64,000 bases of DNA from Eledone cirrhosa (lineage: Eukaryota), in NCBI GenBank assembly GCA_964016885.1, contig OZ024742.1, forward strand, positions 370,264,001 through 370,328,000, written 5' to 3'. This document shows, piece after piece, positions 1-18,000 of this stretch; positions within the stretch are counted from its first letter, which is position 1; every line of letters begins with the position of its first letter. The notes under the pieces are model-generated. The model made no database searches and had not been told where the DNA came from. It saw only the letters and a list, made by a program, of their open reading frames with translations. Position numbers and translations under genes: made by a program.

Positions 1-3000
1 ACCACCTCCATATTATAACACTGACATAGCCAACACCACCACCTCCATATTATAACACTGACATAGCCACCACCACCACCTCCATATTATAACACTGACA
101 TAGCCACCACCTCACCCTCCATATTATAACACTGACATAGCCACCACCACCTCCATATTATAACACTGACATAGCCACCACCACCACCTCCATATTATAA
201 CACTGACATAGCCACCACCACCTCCATATTATAACACTGACATAGCCACCACCACCACCTCCATATTATAACACTGACATAGCCACCACCACCACCTCCA
301 TATTATAACACTGACATAGCCAACACCACCACCTCCATATTATAACACTGACATAGCCACCACCTCCCCCTCCATATTATAACACTGACATAACCACCAC
401 CTCCTCCATATTATAACACTGACAGAGCCACCACCACCTCCATATTATAACACTGACATAGCCACCACCTCCTCCATATAATAACACTGACGTAGCCACC
501 ACCACCACCTCCATATTATAACACTGACATAGCCACCACCCCCTCCATATTATAACACTGACATAGCCACCACCACCTCCATATTATAACACTAACATAA
601 CCACCACCTCCTCCATATTATAACACTGACATAGCCACCACCACCTCCATATTATAACACTGACATAGCCACCACCTCCTCCTCCATATTATAAATCTGA
701 CATAACCACCACCTCCTCCATATTATAACACTGACATAGCCATCACCTCCTCCATATTATAACACTGACATAGCCACCACCTCCTCCATATTATAACACT
801 GACATAGCCACCACCACCACCTCCATATTATAACACTGACATAGCCTCCACCTCCCCCTCCATATTATAACACTGACACAGCCACCACCCCCTCCATATT
901 ATAACACTGACATAGCCACCACCACCTCCATATTATAACACTGACATAGCCACCACCACCTCCTCCATATTATAACACTGACATAGCCATCACCTCCTCC
1001 ATATTATAACACTGACATAGCCACCACCTCCTCCATATTATAACACTGTCATAGCCACCACCACCACCTCCATATTATAACACTGACATAGCCACCACCA
1101 CCTCCTCCACATTATAACACTGACATAAACACCACCTCCTCCATATTATAACACTGACATAGCCACCACCACCTCCTCCATATTATAACACTGACATAAC
1201 CACCACCTCCTCCATATTATAACACTGACATAGCCACCACCCCCTCCATATCATAACACTGACATAGCCACCACCCCCTCCATATTATAACACTGACATA
1301 GCCTCCACCACCTCCATATTATAACACTGACATAGCCTCCACCACCTCCATATTATATCACTGACATAACCACCTTCCCCTCCATATTATAACACTAACA
1401 TAGCCACCACCACCACCTGTATATTATAACACTGACATAGCCACCACCTTCCCCTCCATATTATAACACTGACATAGCCACCTCCTCCACCTCCATATTA
1501 TAACACTGACATAGCCTCCACCTCCACCTCCATATTATATCACTGACATAACCACCTTCCCCTCCATATTATAACACTGACATAGCCACCACCACCTCCA
1601 TATTATAACACTGACATAGCCACCACCCCCTCCATATTATAACACTGACATAGCCATCACCTCCTCCATATTATAACACTGATAGAGCCACCACCTCCCA
1701 CTCCATATTATAACACTGACATAGCCTCCACCTCCCACTCCATATTATAACACTGACATAGCCTCCACCTCCCCCTCCATATTATAACACTGATAGAGCC
1801 ACCACCTCCCCCTCCATATTATAACACTGACACAGCCACCACCCCCTCCATATTATAACATTGACATAGCCACCACCACCTCCATATTATAACACTGACA
1901 TAGCCACCACCTCCCACTCCATATTATAACACTGACATAGCCACCACCACCTCCTCCATATTATAACACTGATATAGCCTCCACCTCCCCCTCCATATTA
2001 TAACACTGACATAGCCACCACCTTCCCCTCCATATTATAACACTGACATAACCACCACCTCCTCCATATTATAACACTGACATAACCACCACCTCCTCCA
2101 TATTATAACACTGACATAGCCACCACCTTCCCCTCCATATTATAACACTGACATAGCCACCACCTCCCCCTCCATATTATAACACTGACATAGCCACCAC
2201 CACCCCCTCCATATTATAACACTGACATAGCCACCACCACCCCCTCCATATTATAACACTGACATAGCCACCACCACCACCTCCATATTATAACACTAAC
2301 ATAGCCACCTCCTCCCCCTCCATATTATAACACTGACATAGCCACCTCCTCCCCCTCCATATTATAACACTGACATAGCCACCACCTTCCCCTCCATATT
2401 ATAACACTGACATAGCCACCACCTTCCCCTCCATATTATAACACTGACACAGCCACCACCCCCTCCATATTATAACACTGACACAGCCACCACCCCCTCC
2501 ATATTATAACATTGACATAGCCACCACCACCTCCATATTATAACACTGACATAGCCACCACCTTCCCCTCCATATTATAACACTGACACAGCCACCACCC
2601 CCTCCATATTATAACACTGACATAGCCACCACCTTCCCCTCCATATTATAACACTGACATAGCCACCACCTTCCCCTCCATATTATAACACTGACATAGC
2701 CACCACCACCTCCATATTATAACACTGACATAACCACCACCTCCTCCATATTATAACACTGACATAGCCACCACCTTCCCCTCCATATTATAACACTGAC
2801 ATAGCCACCACCTTCCCCTCCATATTATAACACTGACATAGCCACCACCTTCCCCTCCATATTATAACACTGACATAGCAACCACCTTCCCCTCCATATT
2901 ATAACACTGACATAGCCACCACCACCTCCATATTATAACACTGACATAGCCACCACCACCTCCATATTATAACACTGACATAGCCACCACCTCCTCCATA

Positions 3001-6000
3001 TTATAACACTGACATAGCCACCACCTCCTCCATATTATAACACTGACATAGCCACCACCTCCCCCTCCATATTATAACATTGACATAGCCACCACCTCCA
3101 TATTATAACACTGACATAGCCACCACCTTCCCCTCCATATTATAACACTGACATAGCCACCACCTTCCCCTCCATATTATAACACTGACATAGCCACCAC
3201 CTTCCCCTCCATATTATAACACTGACATAGCCACCACCACCACCTCCATATTATAACACTGACATAGCCACCTCCTCCCCCTCCATATTATAACACTGAC
3301 ATAGCCACCACCCCCTCCATATTATAACACTGACATAACCACCACCCCCTCCATATTATAACACTGACATAACCACCACCACCTCCATATTATAACACTG
3401 ACATAGCCACCACCTTCCCCATATTATAACACTGACATAGCCACCACCTTCCCCTCCATATTATAACACTGACATAGCCACCACCTTCCCCTCCATATTA
3501 TAACACTGACATAGCCACCACCTTCCCCATATTATAACACTGACATAGCCACCACCTCCCCCTCCATATTATAACACTGACATAGCCACCACCTTCCCCA
3601 TATTATAACACTGACATAGCCACCACCTCCCCCTCCATATTATAACACTGACATAGCCACCACCTTCCCCATATTATAACACTGACATAGCCACCACCTC
3701 CCCCTCCATATTATAACACTGACATAGCCACCACCTTCCCCATATTATAACACTGACATAGCCACCACCTTCCCCTCCATATTATAACACTGACATAGCC
3801 ACCACCTTCCCCTCCATATTATAACACTGACATAGCCACCACCTTCCCCTCCATATTATAACACTGACATAGCCACCTCCTCCCCCTCCATATTATAACA
3901 CTGACATAGCCACCACCACCTCCATATTATAACACTGACATAGCCACCACCCCCTCCATATCATAACACTGACATATCCACCTCCTCCCCCTCCATATTA
4001 TAACACTGACATAGCCATCTCCTCCCCCTCCATATTATAACACTGACATAGCCATCTCCTCCCCCTCCATATTATAACACTGACATAGCCACCACCCCCT
4101 CCATATCATAACACTGACATAGCCACCTCCTCCCCCTCCATATTATAACACTGACATAGCCACCACCTTCCCCTCCATATTATAACACTGACATAGCCAC
4201 CACCTTCCCCTCCATATTATAACACTGACATAGCCACCACCCCCTCCATATTATAACACTGACATAGCCACCACCACCTCCATATTATAACACTGACATA
4301 GCCACCACCACCACCTACATATTATAACACTGACATAGCCACCACCACCCCCTCCATATTATAACACTGACATAGCCACCACCCCCTCCATATTATAACA
4401 CTGACGTCACCACCACCACCACCTCCATATTATAACACTGACATAGCCACCACCACCTCCATATTATAACACTGACATAGCCACCACCACCACCTCCATA
4501 TTATAACACTGACATAGCCACCTCCTCCCCCTCCATATTATAACACTGACATAGCCACCACCCCCTCCATATTATAACACTGACATAGCCACCACCCCCT
4601 CCATATTATAACACTGACATAGCCACCACCTTCCCCTCCATATTATAACACTGACATAGTCACCACCTTCCCCTCCATATTATAACACTGACATAGCCAC
4701 CACCTCCCCCTCCATATTATAACACTGACATAGCCACCACCTCCCCCTCCATATTATAACACTGACATAGCCACCACCACCACCTCCATATTATAACACT
4801 GACATAGCCACCACCTTCCCCTCTATATTATAACACTGACATAACCACCACCACCACCTCCATATTATAACACTGACATAGCCACCACCTTCCCCTCCAT
4901 ATTATAACACTGACATAGCCACCACCTTCCCCTCCATATTATAACACTGACATAGCCACCACCTCCATATTATAACACTGACATAGCCACCAACACCCCC
5001 TCCATATTATAACACTGACATAGCCACCAACACCCCCTCCATATTATAACACTGACATAGCCACCACCACCTCCTCCATATTATAACACTGACATAGCCA
5101 CCACCTCCCCCTCCATATTATAACACTGACATAGCCACCACCACCACCTCCATATTATAACACTGACATAGCCACCACCACCACCTCCATATTATAACAC
5201 TGACATAGCCACCACCACCACCTCCATATTATAACACTGACATAGCCACCACCACCACCTCCATATTATAACACTGACATAGCCACCACCACCACCTCCA
5301 TATTATAACACTGACATAGCCACCACCTTCCCCTCCATATTATAACACTGACATAGCCACCACCACCACCTCCATATTATAACACTGACATAGCCACCAC
5401 CACCTCCATATTATAACACTGACATAGCCACCACCTTCCCCTCCATATTATAACACTGACATAGCCACCACCTTCCCCTCCATATTATAACACTGACATA
5501 GCCACCACCTCCTTATTATAACACTGACATAGCCACCAACACCCCCTCCATATTATAACACTGACATAGCCACCACCTCCTCCCCCTCCATATTATAACA
5601 CTGACATAGCCACCACCTTCCCCTCCATATTATAACACTGACATAGCCACGACCTCCCCCTCCATATTATAACACTGACATAGCCACCACCTTCCCCTCC
5701 ATATTATAACACTGACATAGCCACCACCTTCCCCTCCATATTATAACACTGACATAGCCACCACCTTCCCCTCCATATTATAACACTGACATAGCCACCA
5801 CCTCCACCTCCATATTATAACACTGACATAGCCACCACCACCACCTCCATATTATAACACTGACATAGCCACCACCTTCCCCTCCATATTATAACACTGA
5901 CATAACCACCACCACCTCCATATTACAACACTGACATAGCCACTACCTCCCCCTCCATATTATAACACTGACATAGCCACGACCTCCCCTCCATATTATA

Positions 6001-9000
6001 ACACTGACATAGCCACCACCTTCCCCTCCATATTATAACACTGACATACCCACCACCTCCCCCTCCATATTATAACACTGACATAACCACCACCCCCTCC
6101 ATATTATAACACTGACATAGCCACCACCACCCCCTCCATATTATAACACTGACATAGCCACCACCACCACCTCCATATTATAACACTGACATAGCCCCCA
6201 CCTTCCCCTCCATATTATAACACTGACATAGCCACCACCACCACCTCCATATTACAACACTGACATAGCCACCACCACCACCTCCATATTACAACACTGA
6301 CATAGCCACCACCACCCCCTCCATATTATAACACTGACATAGCCACCACCTCCCCCTCCATATTATAACACTGACATAGCCACCACCACCTCCATATTAT
6401 AACACTGACATAGCCACCACCACCACCTCCATATTACAACACTGACATAGCCACCACCTCCCCCTCCATATTATAACACTGACATAACCACCACCCCCTC
6501 CATATTATAACACTGACATAGCCACCACCACCCCCTCCATATTATAACACTGACATAGCCACCACCTCCTGCCCCTCCATATTATAACACTGACATAGCC
6601 ACCACCTCCCCCTCCATATTATAACACTGACATAGCCACCACCACCTCCATATTATAACACTGACATAGCCTCCACCTTCCCCTCCATATTATAACACTG
6701 ACATAGCCACCACCTCCCCCTCCATATTATAACACTGACATAGCCACCACCACCTCCATATTATAACACTGACATAGCCTCCACCTTCCCCTCCATATTA
6801 TAACACTGACATAGCCTCCACCTTCCCCTCCATATTATAACACTGACATAGCCACCACCTCCCCCTCCATATTATAACACTGACATAGCCACCACCACCT
6901 CCATATTATAACACTGACATAGCCACCACCTCCCCCTCCATATTATAACACTGACATAGACACCACCTCCCCCTCCATATTATAACACTGACATAGCCAC
7001 CAACACCCCCTCCATATTATAACACTGACATAGCCACCACCTTCCCCTCTATATTATAACACTGACATAACCACCAACACCCCCTCCATATTATAACACT
7101 GACATAGCCACCACCTTCCCCTCCATATTATAACACTGACATAGCCACCTCCTCCCCCTCCATATTATAACACTGACATAGCCACCACCTTCCCCTCCAT
7201 ATTATAACACTGACATAGCCACCACCTCCCCCTCCATATTATAACACTGACATAGCCACCACCAACTCCATATTATAACACTGACATAGCCACCACCTTC
7301 CCCTCCATATTATAACACTGACATAGCCACCACCACCACCTCCATATTATAACACTGACATAGCCACCAACACCCCCTCCATATTATAACACTGACATAG
7401 CCACCACCTTCCCCTCCATATTATAACACTGACATAGCCACCACCTCCCCCTCCATATTATAACACTGACATAGCCACCACCACCACCTCCATATTATAA
7501 CACTGACATAGCCACCAACACCCCCTCCATATTATAACACTGACATAGCCACCACCTTCCCCTCCATATTATAACACTGACATAGCCACCACCTCCCCCT
7601 CCATATTATAACACTGACATAACCACCACCACCACCTCCTTATTATAACACTGACATAGCCACCAACACCCCCTCCATATTATAACACTGACATAGCCAC
7701 CAACACCCCCTCCATATTATAACACTGACATAGCCACCACCACCTCCATATTATAACACTGACATAGCCACCACCTTCCCCTCCATATTATAACACTGAC
7801 ATAGCCACCACCTCCCCCTCCATATTATAACACTGACATAGCCACCACCACCACCTCCATATTATAACACTGACATAGCCACCACCACCACCTCCATATT
7901 ATAACACTGACATAACCACCACCACCCCCTCCATATTATAACACTGACATAGCCACCACCACCTCCATATTATAACACTGACATAGCCACCACCTTCCCC
8001 TCCATATTATAACACTGACATAGCCACCAACACCCCCTCCATATTATAACACTGACATAGCCACCACCTCCCCCTCCATATTATAACACTGACATAGCCA
8101 CGACCTTCCCCTCCATATTATAACACTGACATAGCCACCGCCACCTCCATATTATAACACTGACATAGCCACCACCTTCCCCTCCATATTATAACACTGA
8201 CATAGCCACCACCTCCTCCCCCTCCATATTATAACACTGACATAGCCACCACCTTCCCCTCCACATTATAACACTGACATAGCCACCACCTTCCCCTCCA
8301 TATTATAACACTGACATAGCCACCACCTCCCCCTCCATATTATAACACTGACATAGCCACCACCACCACCTCCATATTATAACACTGACATAGCCACCAC
8401 CACCACCTCCATATTATAACACTGACATAACCACCACCACCCCCTCCATATTATAACACTGACATAGCCACCACCACCTCCATATTATAACACTGACATA
8501 GCCACCACCTTCCCCTCCATATTATAACACTGACATAGCCACCAACACCCCCTCCATATTATAACACTGACATAGCCACCACCTCCCCCTCCATATTATA
8601 ACACTGACATAGCCACGACCTTCCCCTCCATATTATAACACTGACATAGCCACCGCCACCTCCATATTATAACACTGACATAGCCACCACCTTCCCCTCC
8701 ATATTATAACACTGACATAGCCACGACCTCCCCTCCATATTATAACACTGACATAGCCACCACCTTCCCCTCCATATTATAACACTGACATAGCCACCAC
8801 CACCACCTCCATATTATAACACTGACATAGCCACCACCTCCCCCTCCATATTATAACACTGACATAGCCACCACCTTCCCCTCCATATTATAACACTGAC
8901 ATAGCCACCACCTTCCCCTCCATATTATAACACTGACATAGCCACGACCTCCCCTCCATATTATAACACTGACACAGCCACCACCAACTCCATATTATAA

Positions 9001-12000
9001 CACTGACATAGCCACCACCTCCTCCCCCTCCATATTATAACACTGACATAGCCACCACCTCCACCTCCATATTATAACACTGACACAGCCACCACCTCCT
9101 CCATATTATAACACTGACATAGCCACCACCTCCTCCATATTATAACACTGACATAGCCACCACCTTCCCCTCCATATTATAACACTGACATAGCCACCAC
9201 CTCCTCCATATTATAACACTGACATAGCCACCACCTCCCCCTCCATATTATAACACTGACATAGCCACCACCTCCTCCATATTATAACACTGACATAGCC
9301 ACCACCTCCCCTCCATATTATAACACTGACACAGCCACCACCTCCTCCATATTATAACACTGACATAGCCACCACCTCCTCCATATTATAACACTGACAT
9401 AGCCACCACCTTCCCCTCCATATTATAACACTGACATAGCCACGAACTCCTCCATATTATAACACTGACATAGCCACCACCTCCCCCTCCATATTATAAC
9501 ACTGACATAGCCACCACCTCCTCCATATTATAACACTGACATAGCCACCACCTCCTCCATATTATAACACTGACATAGCCACCACCTCCTCCATATTATA
9601 ACACTGACATAGCCACCACCTCCCCCTCCATATTATAACACTGACATAGCCACCACCTCCTCCATATTATAACACTGACATAGCCACCTTCCCCTCCATA
9701 TTATAACACTGACATAGCCACCACCTTCCCCTCCATATTATAACACTGACATAGCCACCACCTCCGCCTCCATATTATAACACTGACATAGCCACCACCA
9801 CCACCTCCATATTATAACACTGACATAGCCACCACCTTCCCCTCCATATTATAACACTGACATAGCCACCACCTTCCCCTCCATATTATAACACTGACAT
9901 AGCCACCACCTCCCCCTCCATATTATAACACTGACATAGCCACGACCTCCCCTCCATATTATAACACTGACATAGCCACCACCTCCTCCCCCTCCATATT
10001 ATAACACTGACATAGCCACGACCTCCTCCCCCTCCATATTATAACACTGACATAGCCACCACCTCCCCCTCCATATTATAACACTGACATAGCCACGACC
10101 TCCCCTCCATATTATAACACTGACACAGCCACCACCAACTCCATATTATAACACTGACATAGCCACCACCTCCCCCTCCATATTATAACACTGACATAGC
10201 CACCACCAACTCCATATTATAACACTGACATAGCCACCACCTCCTCCCCCTCCATATTATAACACTGACATAGCCACGACCTCCCCTCCATATTATAACA
10301 CTGACATAGCCACCACCTCCTCCATATTATAACACTGACATAGCCACCACCTCCCCTCCATATTATAACACTGACATAGCCACCACCTCCTCCATATTAT
10401 AACACTGACATAGCCACCACCTCCTCCATTTTATAACACTGACATAGCCACCACCTCCTCCCCCTCCATATTATAACACTGACATAGCCACCACCTTCCC
10501 CTCCATATTATAACACTGACATAGCCACCACCTCCCCTCCATATTATAACACTGACATAGCCACCACCTCCTCCATATTATAACACTGACATAGCCACCA
10601 CCTCCTCCATATTATAACACTGACATAGCCACCACCTCCTCCCCCTCCATATTATAACACTGACATAGCCACGACCTCCCCTCCATATTATAACACTGAC
10701 ATAGCCACCACCTCCTCCCCCTCCATATTATAACACTGACATAGCCACGACCTCCCCTCCATATTATAACACTGACACAGCCACCACCAACTCCATATTA
10801 TAACACTGACATAGCCACCACCTCCCCCTCCATATTATAACACTGACATAGCCACCACCTCCCCCTCCATATTATAACACTGACACAGCCACCACCAACT
10901 CCATATTATAACACTGACATAGCCACCACCTCCTCCCCCTCCATATTATAACACTGACATAGCCACCACCAACTCCATATTATAACACTGACATAGCCAC
11001 CACCTCCTCCCCCTCCATATTATAACACTGACATAGCCACCACCTCCTCCCCCTCCATATTATAACACTGACATAGCCACCACCACCCCCTCCATATTAT
11101 AACACTGACATAGCCACCACCTCCCCCTCCATATTATAACACTGACACAGCCACCACCAACTCCATATTATAACACTGACATAGCCACCACCTCCTCCCC
11201 CTCCATATTATAACACTGACATAGCCACCACCAACTCCATATTATAACACTGACATAGCCACCACCTCCTCCCCCTCCATATTATAACACTGACATAGCC
11301 ACCACCAACTCCATATTATAACACTGACATAGCCACCACCTCCTCCCCCTCCATATTATAACACTGACATAGCCACCACCTCCTCCCCCTCCATATTATA
11401 ACACTGACATAGCCACCACCACCCCCTCCATATTATAACACTGACATAGCCACCACCTCCCCCTCCATATTATAACACTGACACAGCCACCACCAACTCC
11501 ATATTATAACACTGACATAGCCACCACCTCCTCCCCCTCCATATTATAACACTGACATAGCCACCACCAACTCCATATTATAACACTGACATAGCCACCA
11601 CCTCCTCCCCCTCCATATTATAACACTGACATAGCCACCACCTCCTCCCCCTCCATATTATAACACTGACATAGCCACCACCACCCCCTCCATATTATAA
11701 CACTGACATAGCCACCACCTCCCCCTCCATATTATAACACTGACACAGCCACCACCAACTCCATATTATAACACTGACATAGCCACCACCTCCTCCCCCT
11801 CCATATTATAACACTGACATAGCCACCACCTTCCCCTCCATATTATAACACTGACATAGCCACCACCACCACCTCCATATTATAACACTGACATAGCCAC
11901 CACCTTCCCCTCCATATTATAACACTGACATAGCCACCACCACCACCTCCATATTATAACACTGACATAGCCACCACCACCACCTCCATATTATAACACT

Positions 12001-15000
12001 GACATAGCCACCACCTTCCCCTCCATATTATAACACTGACATAGCCACCACCACCACCTCCATATTATAACACTGACATAGCCACCACCTTCCCCTCCAT
12101 ATTATAACACTGACACAGCCACCACCAACTCCATATTATAACACTGACATAGCCACCACCTCCTCCCCCTCCATATTATAACACTGACATAGCCACCACC
12201 TCCTCCCCCTCCATATTATAACACTGACATAGCCACGACCTCCCCTCCATATTATAACACTGACATAGCCACCACCAACTCCATATTATAACACTGACAT
12301 AGCCACCACCTCCTCCCCCTCCATATTATAACACTGACATAGCCACCACCTCCTCCCCCTCCATATTATAACACTGACATAGCCACCACCTCCTCCCCCT
12401 CCATATTATAACACTGACATAGCCACGACCTCCCCTCCATATTATAACACTGACACAGCCACCACCAACTCCATATTATAACACTGACATAGCCACCACC
12501 TCCTCCCCCTCCATATTATAACACTGACATAGCCACGACCTCCCCTCCATATTATAACACTGACATAGCCACCACCAACTCCATATTATAACACTGACAT
12601 AGCCACCACCTCCTCCCCCTCCATATTATAACACTGACATAGCCACCACCTCCTCCCCCTCCATATTATAACACTGACATAGCCACCACCTCCTCCCCCT
12701 CCATATTATAACACTGACATAGCCACGACCTCCCCTCCATATTATAACACTGACATAGCCACCACCAACTCCATATTATAACACTGACATAGCCACCACC
12801 TCCTCCCCCTCCATATTATAACACTGACATAGCCACCACCTCCTCCCCCTCCATATTATAACACTGACATAGCCACCACCTCCTCCCCCTCCATATTATA
12901 ACACTGACATAGCCACGACCTCCCCTCCATATTATAACACTGACACAGCCACCACCAACTCCATATTATAACACTGACACAGCCACCACCAACTCCATAT
13001 TATAACACTGACATAGCCACCACCTCCTCCCCCTCCATATTATAACACTGACATAGCCACCACCAACTCCATATTATAACACTGACATAGCCACCACCTC
13101 CTCCCCCTCCATATTATAACACTGACATAGCCACCACCTCCTCCCCCTCCATATTATAACACTGACATAGCCACCACCAACTCCATATTATAACACTGAC
13201 ATAGCCACCACCTCCTCCCCCTCCATATTATAACACTGACATAGCCACCACCTCCCCCTCCATATTATAACACTGACACAGCCACCACCAACTCCATATT
13301 ATAACACTGACATAGCCACCACCTCCTCCCCCTCCATATTATAACACTGACATAGCCACCACCTCCCCCTCCATATTATAACACTGACACAGCCACCACC
13401 AACTCCATATTATAACACTGACATAGCCACCACCTCCCCCTCCATATTATAACACTGACACAGCCACCACCAACTCCATATTATAACACTGACATAGCCA
13501 CCACCTCCTCCCCCTCCATATTATAACACTGACATAGCCACCACCTCCCCCTCCATATTATAACACTGACATAGCCACCACCAACTCCATATTATAACAC
13601 TGACATAGCCACCACCTCCTCCCCCTCCATATTATAACACTGACATAGCCACCACCTTCCCCTCCATATTATAACACTGACATAGCCACCACCTCCCCCT
13701 CCATATTATAACACTGACATAGCCACGACCTCCCCTCCATATTATAACACTGACATAGCCACCACCTTCCCCTCCATATTATAACACTGACATAGCCACC
13801 ACCACCTCCATATTATAACACTGACATAGCCACCACCTCCCCCTCCATATTATAACACTGACATAACCACCACCCCCTCCATATTATAACACTGACATAG
13901 CCACCACCACCCCCTCCATATTATAACACTGACATAGCCACCACCACCACCTCCATATTATAACACTGACATAGCCACCACCTTCCCCTCCATATTATAA
14001 CACTGACATAGCCACCACCTTCCCCTCCATATTATAACACTGACATAGCCACCTCCTGCCCCTCCATATTATAACACTGACATAGCCACCTCCTCCCCCT
14101 CCATATTATAACACTGACATAGCCACCACCACCACCTCCATATTATAACACTGACATAGCCACCACCTTCCCCTCCATATTATAACACTGACATAGCCAC
14201 CTCCTCCCCCTCCATATTATAACACTGACATAGCCACCACCACCCCCTCCATATTATAACACTGACATAGCCACCTCCTGCCCCTCCATATTATAACACT
14301 GACATAGCCACCTCCTCCCCCTCCATATTATAACACTGACATAGCCACCACCACCACCTCCATATTATAACACTGACATAGCCACCACCTTCCCCTCCAT
14401 ATTATAACACTGACATAGCCACCTCCTCCCCCTCCATATTATAACACTGACATAGCCACCACCACCCCCTCCATATTATAACACTGACATAGCCACCACC
14501 CCCTCCATATTATAACACTGACATAGCCACCACCCCCTCCATATTATAACACTGACATAGCCACCACCTTCCCCTCCATATTATAACACTGACATAGCCA
14601 CCACCCCCTCCATATTATAACACTGACATAGCCACCACCTCCTCCATATTATAACACTGACATAGCCACCACCACCTCCATATTATAACACTGACATAGC
14701 CACCACCTTCCCCTCCATATTATAACACTGACATAGCCACCACCCCCTCCATATTATAACACTGACATAGCCACCACCTCCTCCATATTATAACACTGAC
14801 ATAGCCACCACCACCTCCATATTATAACACTGACATAGCCACCACCTTCCCCTCCATATTATAACACTGACATAGCCACCTCCTTCCCCTACATATTATA
14901 ACACTGACACAGCCACCACCCCCTCCATATTATAACACTGACACAGCCACCACCCCCTCCATATTATAACACTGACACAGCCACCACCCCCTCCATATTA

Positions 15001-18000
15001 TAACACTGACATAGCCACCACCAACACCTCCATATTATAACACTGACATAGCCTCCACCTCCCCCTCCATATTATAACACTGACATAGCCACCACCTCCT
15101 CCATATTATAACACTGACATAGCCTCCACCTCCCCCTCCATATTATAACACTGACACAGCCACCACCCCCTCCATATTATAACACTGACATAGCCACCAC
15201 CACCCCCTCCATATTATAACACTGACATAGCCACCACCAACCCCTCCATATTATAACACTGACATAGCCACCACCACCCCCTCCATATTATAACACTGAC
15301 ATAACCACCACCTCCTCCATATTATAACACTGACATAACCACCACCTTCCCCTCCATATTATAACACTGACATAGCCACCACCTTCCCCTCCATATTATA
15401 ACACTGACATAGCCACCACCCCCTCCTCCATATTATAACACTGACATAGCCACCACCTTCCCCTCCATGTTATAACACTGACATAGCCACCACCTTCCCC
15501 TCCATATTATAACACTGACATAGCCACCACCCCCTCCTCCATATTATAACACTGACATAGCCACCACCTCCATATTATAACACTGACATAGCCACCACCT
15601 TCCCCTCCATATTATAACACTGACATAGCCACCACCCTCTCCATATTATAACACTGACATAACCACCACCTCCTCCATATTATAACACTGACATAACCAC
15701 CACCTTCCCCTCCATATTATAACACTGACATAGCCACCACCACCTCCATATTATAACACTGACATAACCACCACCTCCTCCATATTATAACACTGACATA
15801 ACCACCACCTTCCCCTCCATATTATAACACTGACATAGCCACCACCTTCCCCTCCATATTATAACACTGACATAGCCACCACCCCCTCCTCCATATTATA
15901 ACACTGACATAGCCACCACCTTCCCCTCCATGTTATACCACTGACATAGCCACCACCTTCCCCTCCATATTATAACACTGACATAGCCACCACCCCCTCC
16001 TCCATATTATAACACTGACATAGCCACCACCTCCATATTATAACACTGACATAGCCACCACCTTCCCCTCCATATTATAACACTGACATAGCCACCACCA
16101 CCTACATATTATAACACTGACATAACCACCACCTCCTCCATATTATAACACTGACATAGCCACCACCACCACCTCCATATTATAACACTGACATAGCCAC
16201 CACCTTCCCCTCCATATTATAACACTGACATAGCCACCACCTTCCCCTCCATATTATAACACTGACATAGCCACCACCTTCCCCTCCATATTATAACACT
16301 GACATAGCCACCACCCCCTCCTCCATATTATAACACTGACATAGCCACCTCCTCCCCCTCCATATTATAACACTGACATAGCCACCACCACCTCCATATT
16401 ATAACACTGACATAGCCACCACCCCCTCCTCCATATTATAACACTGACATAGCCACCACCACCCCCTCCATATTATAACACTGACATAGCCACCACCACC
16501 TACATATTATAACACTGACATAACCACCACCTCCTCCATATTATAACACTGACATAGCCACCACCACCACCTCCATATTATAACACTGACATAGCCACCA
16601 CCTTCCCCTCCATATTATAACAATGACATAGCCACCACCCCCTCCATATTATAACACTGACATAGCCACCACCACCACCTCCATATTATAACACTGACAT
16701 AGCCACCACCACCCCCTCCATATTATAACACTGACATAGCCACCACCACCACCTCCATATTATAACACTGACATAGCCACCACCACCTCCATATTATAAA
16801 ACTGACATAGCCACCACCACCTCCATATTATAACACTGACATATCCACCACCACCTTCCCCTCCATATTATAACACTGACATAGCCACCACCTTCCCCTC
16901 CATATTATAACACTGACATAACCACCACCTTCCCCTCCATATTATAACACTGACATAGCCACCACCACCTCCATATTATAACACTGACATAGCCACCACC
17001 TCCCCCTCCATATTATAACACTGACATAGCCACCACCTCCTCCCCCTCCATATTATAACACTGACATAGCCACCACCACCCCCTCCATATTATAACACTG
17101 ACATAGCCACTACCTCCCCCTCCATATTATAACACTGACATAGCCACCTCCTCCCCCTCCATATTATAACACTGACATAGCCACTACCTCCCCCTCCATA
17201 TTATAACACTGACATAGCCACCACCACCACCTCCATATTATAACACTGACATAGCCACTACCTCCCCCTCCATATTATAACACTGACATAGCCACCACCA
17301 CCCCCTCCATATTATAACACTGACATAGCCACCACCTCCATATTATAACACTGACATAGCCACCACCTTCCCCTCCATATTATAACACTGACATAGACAC
17401 CACCTTCCCCTCCATATTATAACACTGACATAGCCACCACCTCCTCCATATTATAACACTGACATAGCCACCACCTTCCCCTCCATATTATAACACTGAC
17501 ATAGCCACCACCCCCTCCTCCATATTATAACACTGACATAGCCACCACCTCCATATTATTACACTGACATAGCCACCACCACCTCCATATTATAACACTG
17601 ACATAACCACCACCTCCTCCATATTATAACACTGACATAGCCACCACCACCACCTCCATATTATAACACTGACATAGCCACCACCTTCCCCTCCATATTA
17701 TAACACTGACATAGCCACCACCACCACCTCCATATTATAACACTGACATAGCCACCTCCTGCCCCTCCATATTATAACACTGACATAGCCACCTCCTCCC
17801 CCTCCATATTATAACACTGACATAGCCACCACCTTCCCCTCTATATTATAACACTGACATAGCCACCACCTTCCCCTCCATATTATAACACTGACACAGC
17901 CACCACCACCTCCATATTATAACACTGACACAGCCACCACCCCCTCCATATTATAACACTGACACAGCCACCACCCCCTCCATATTATAACACTGACATA

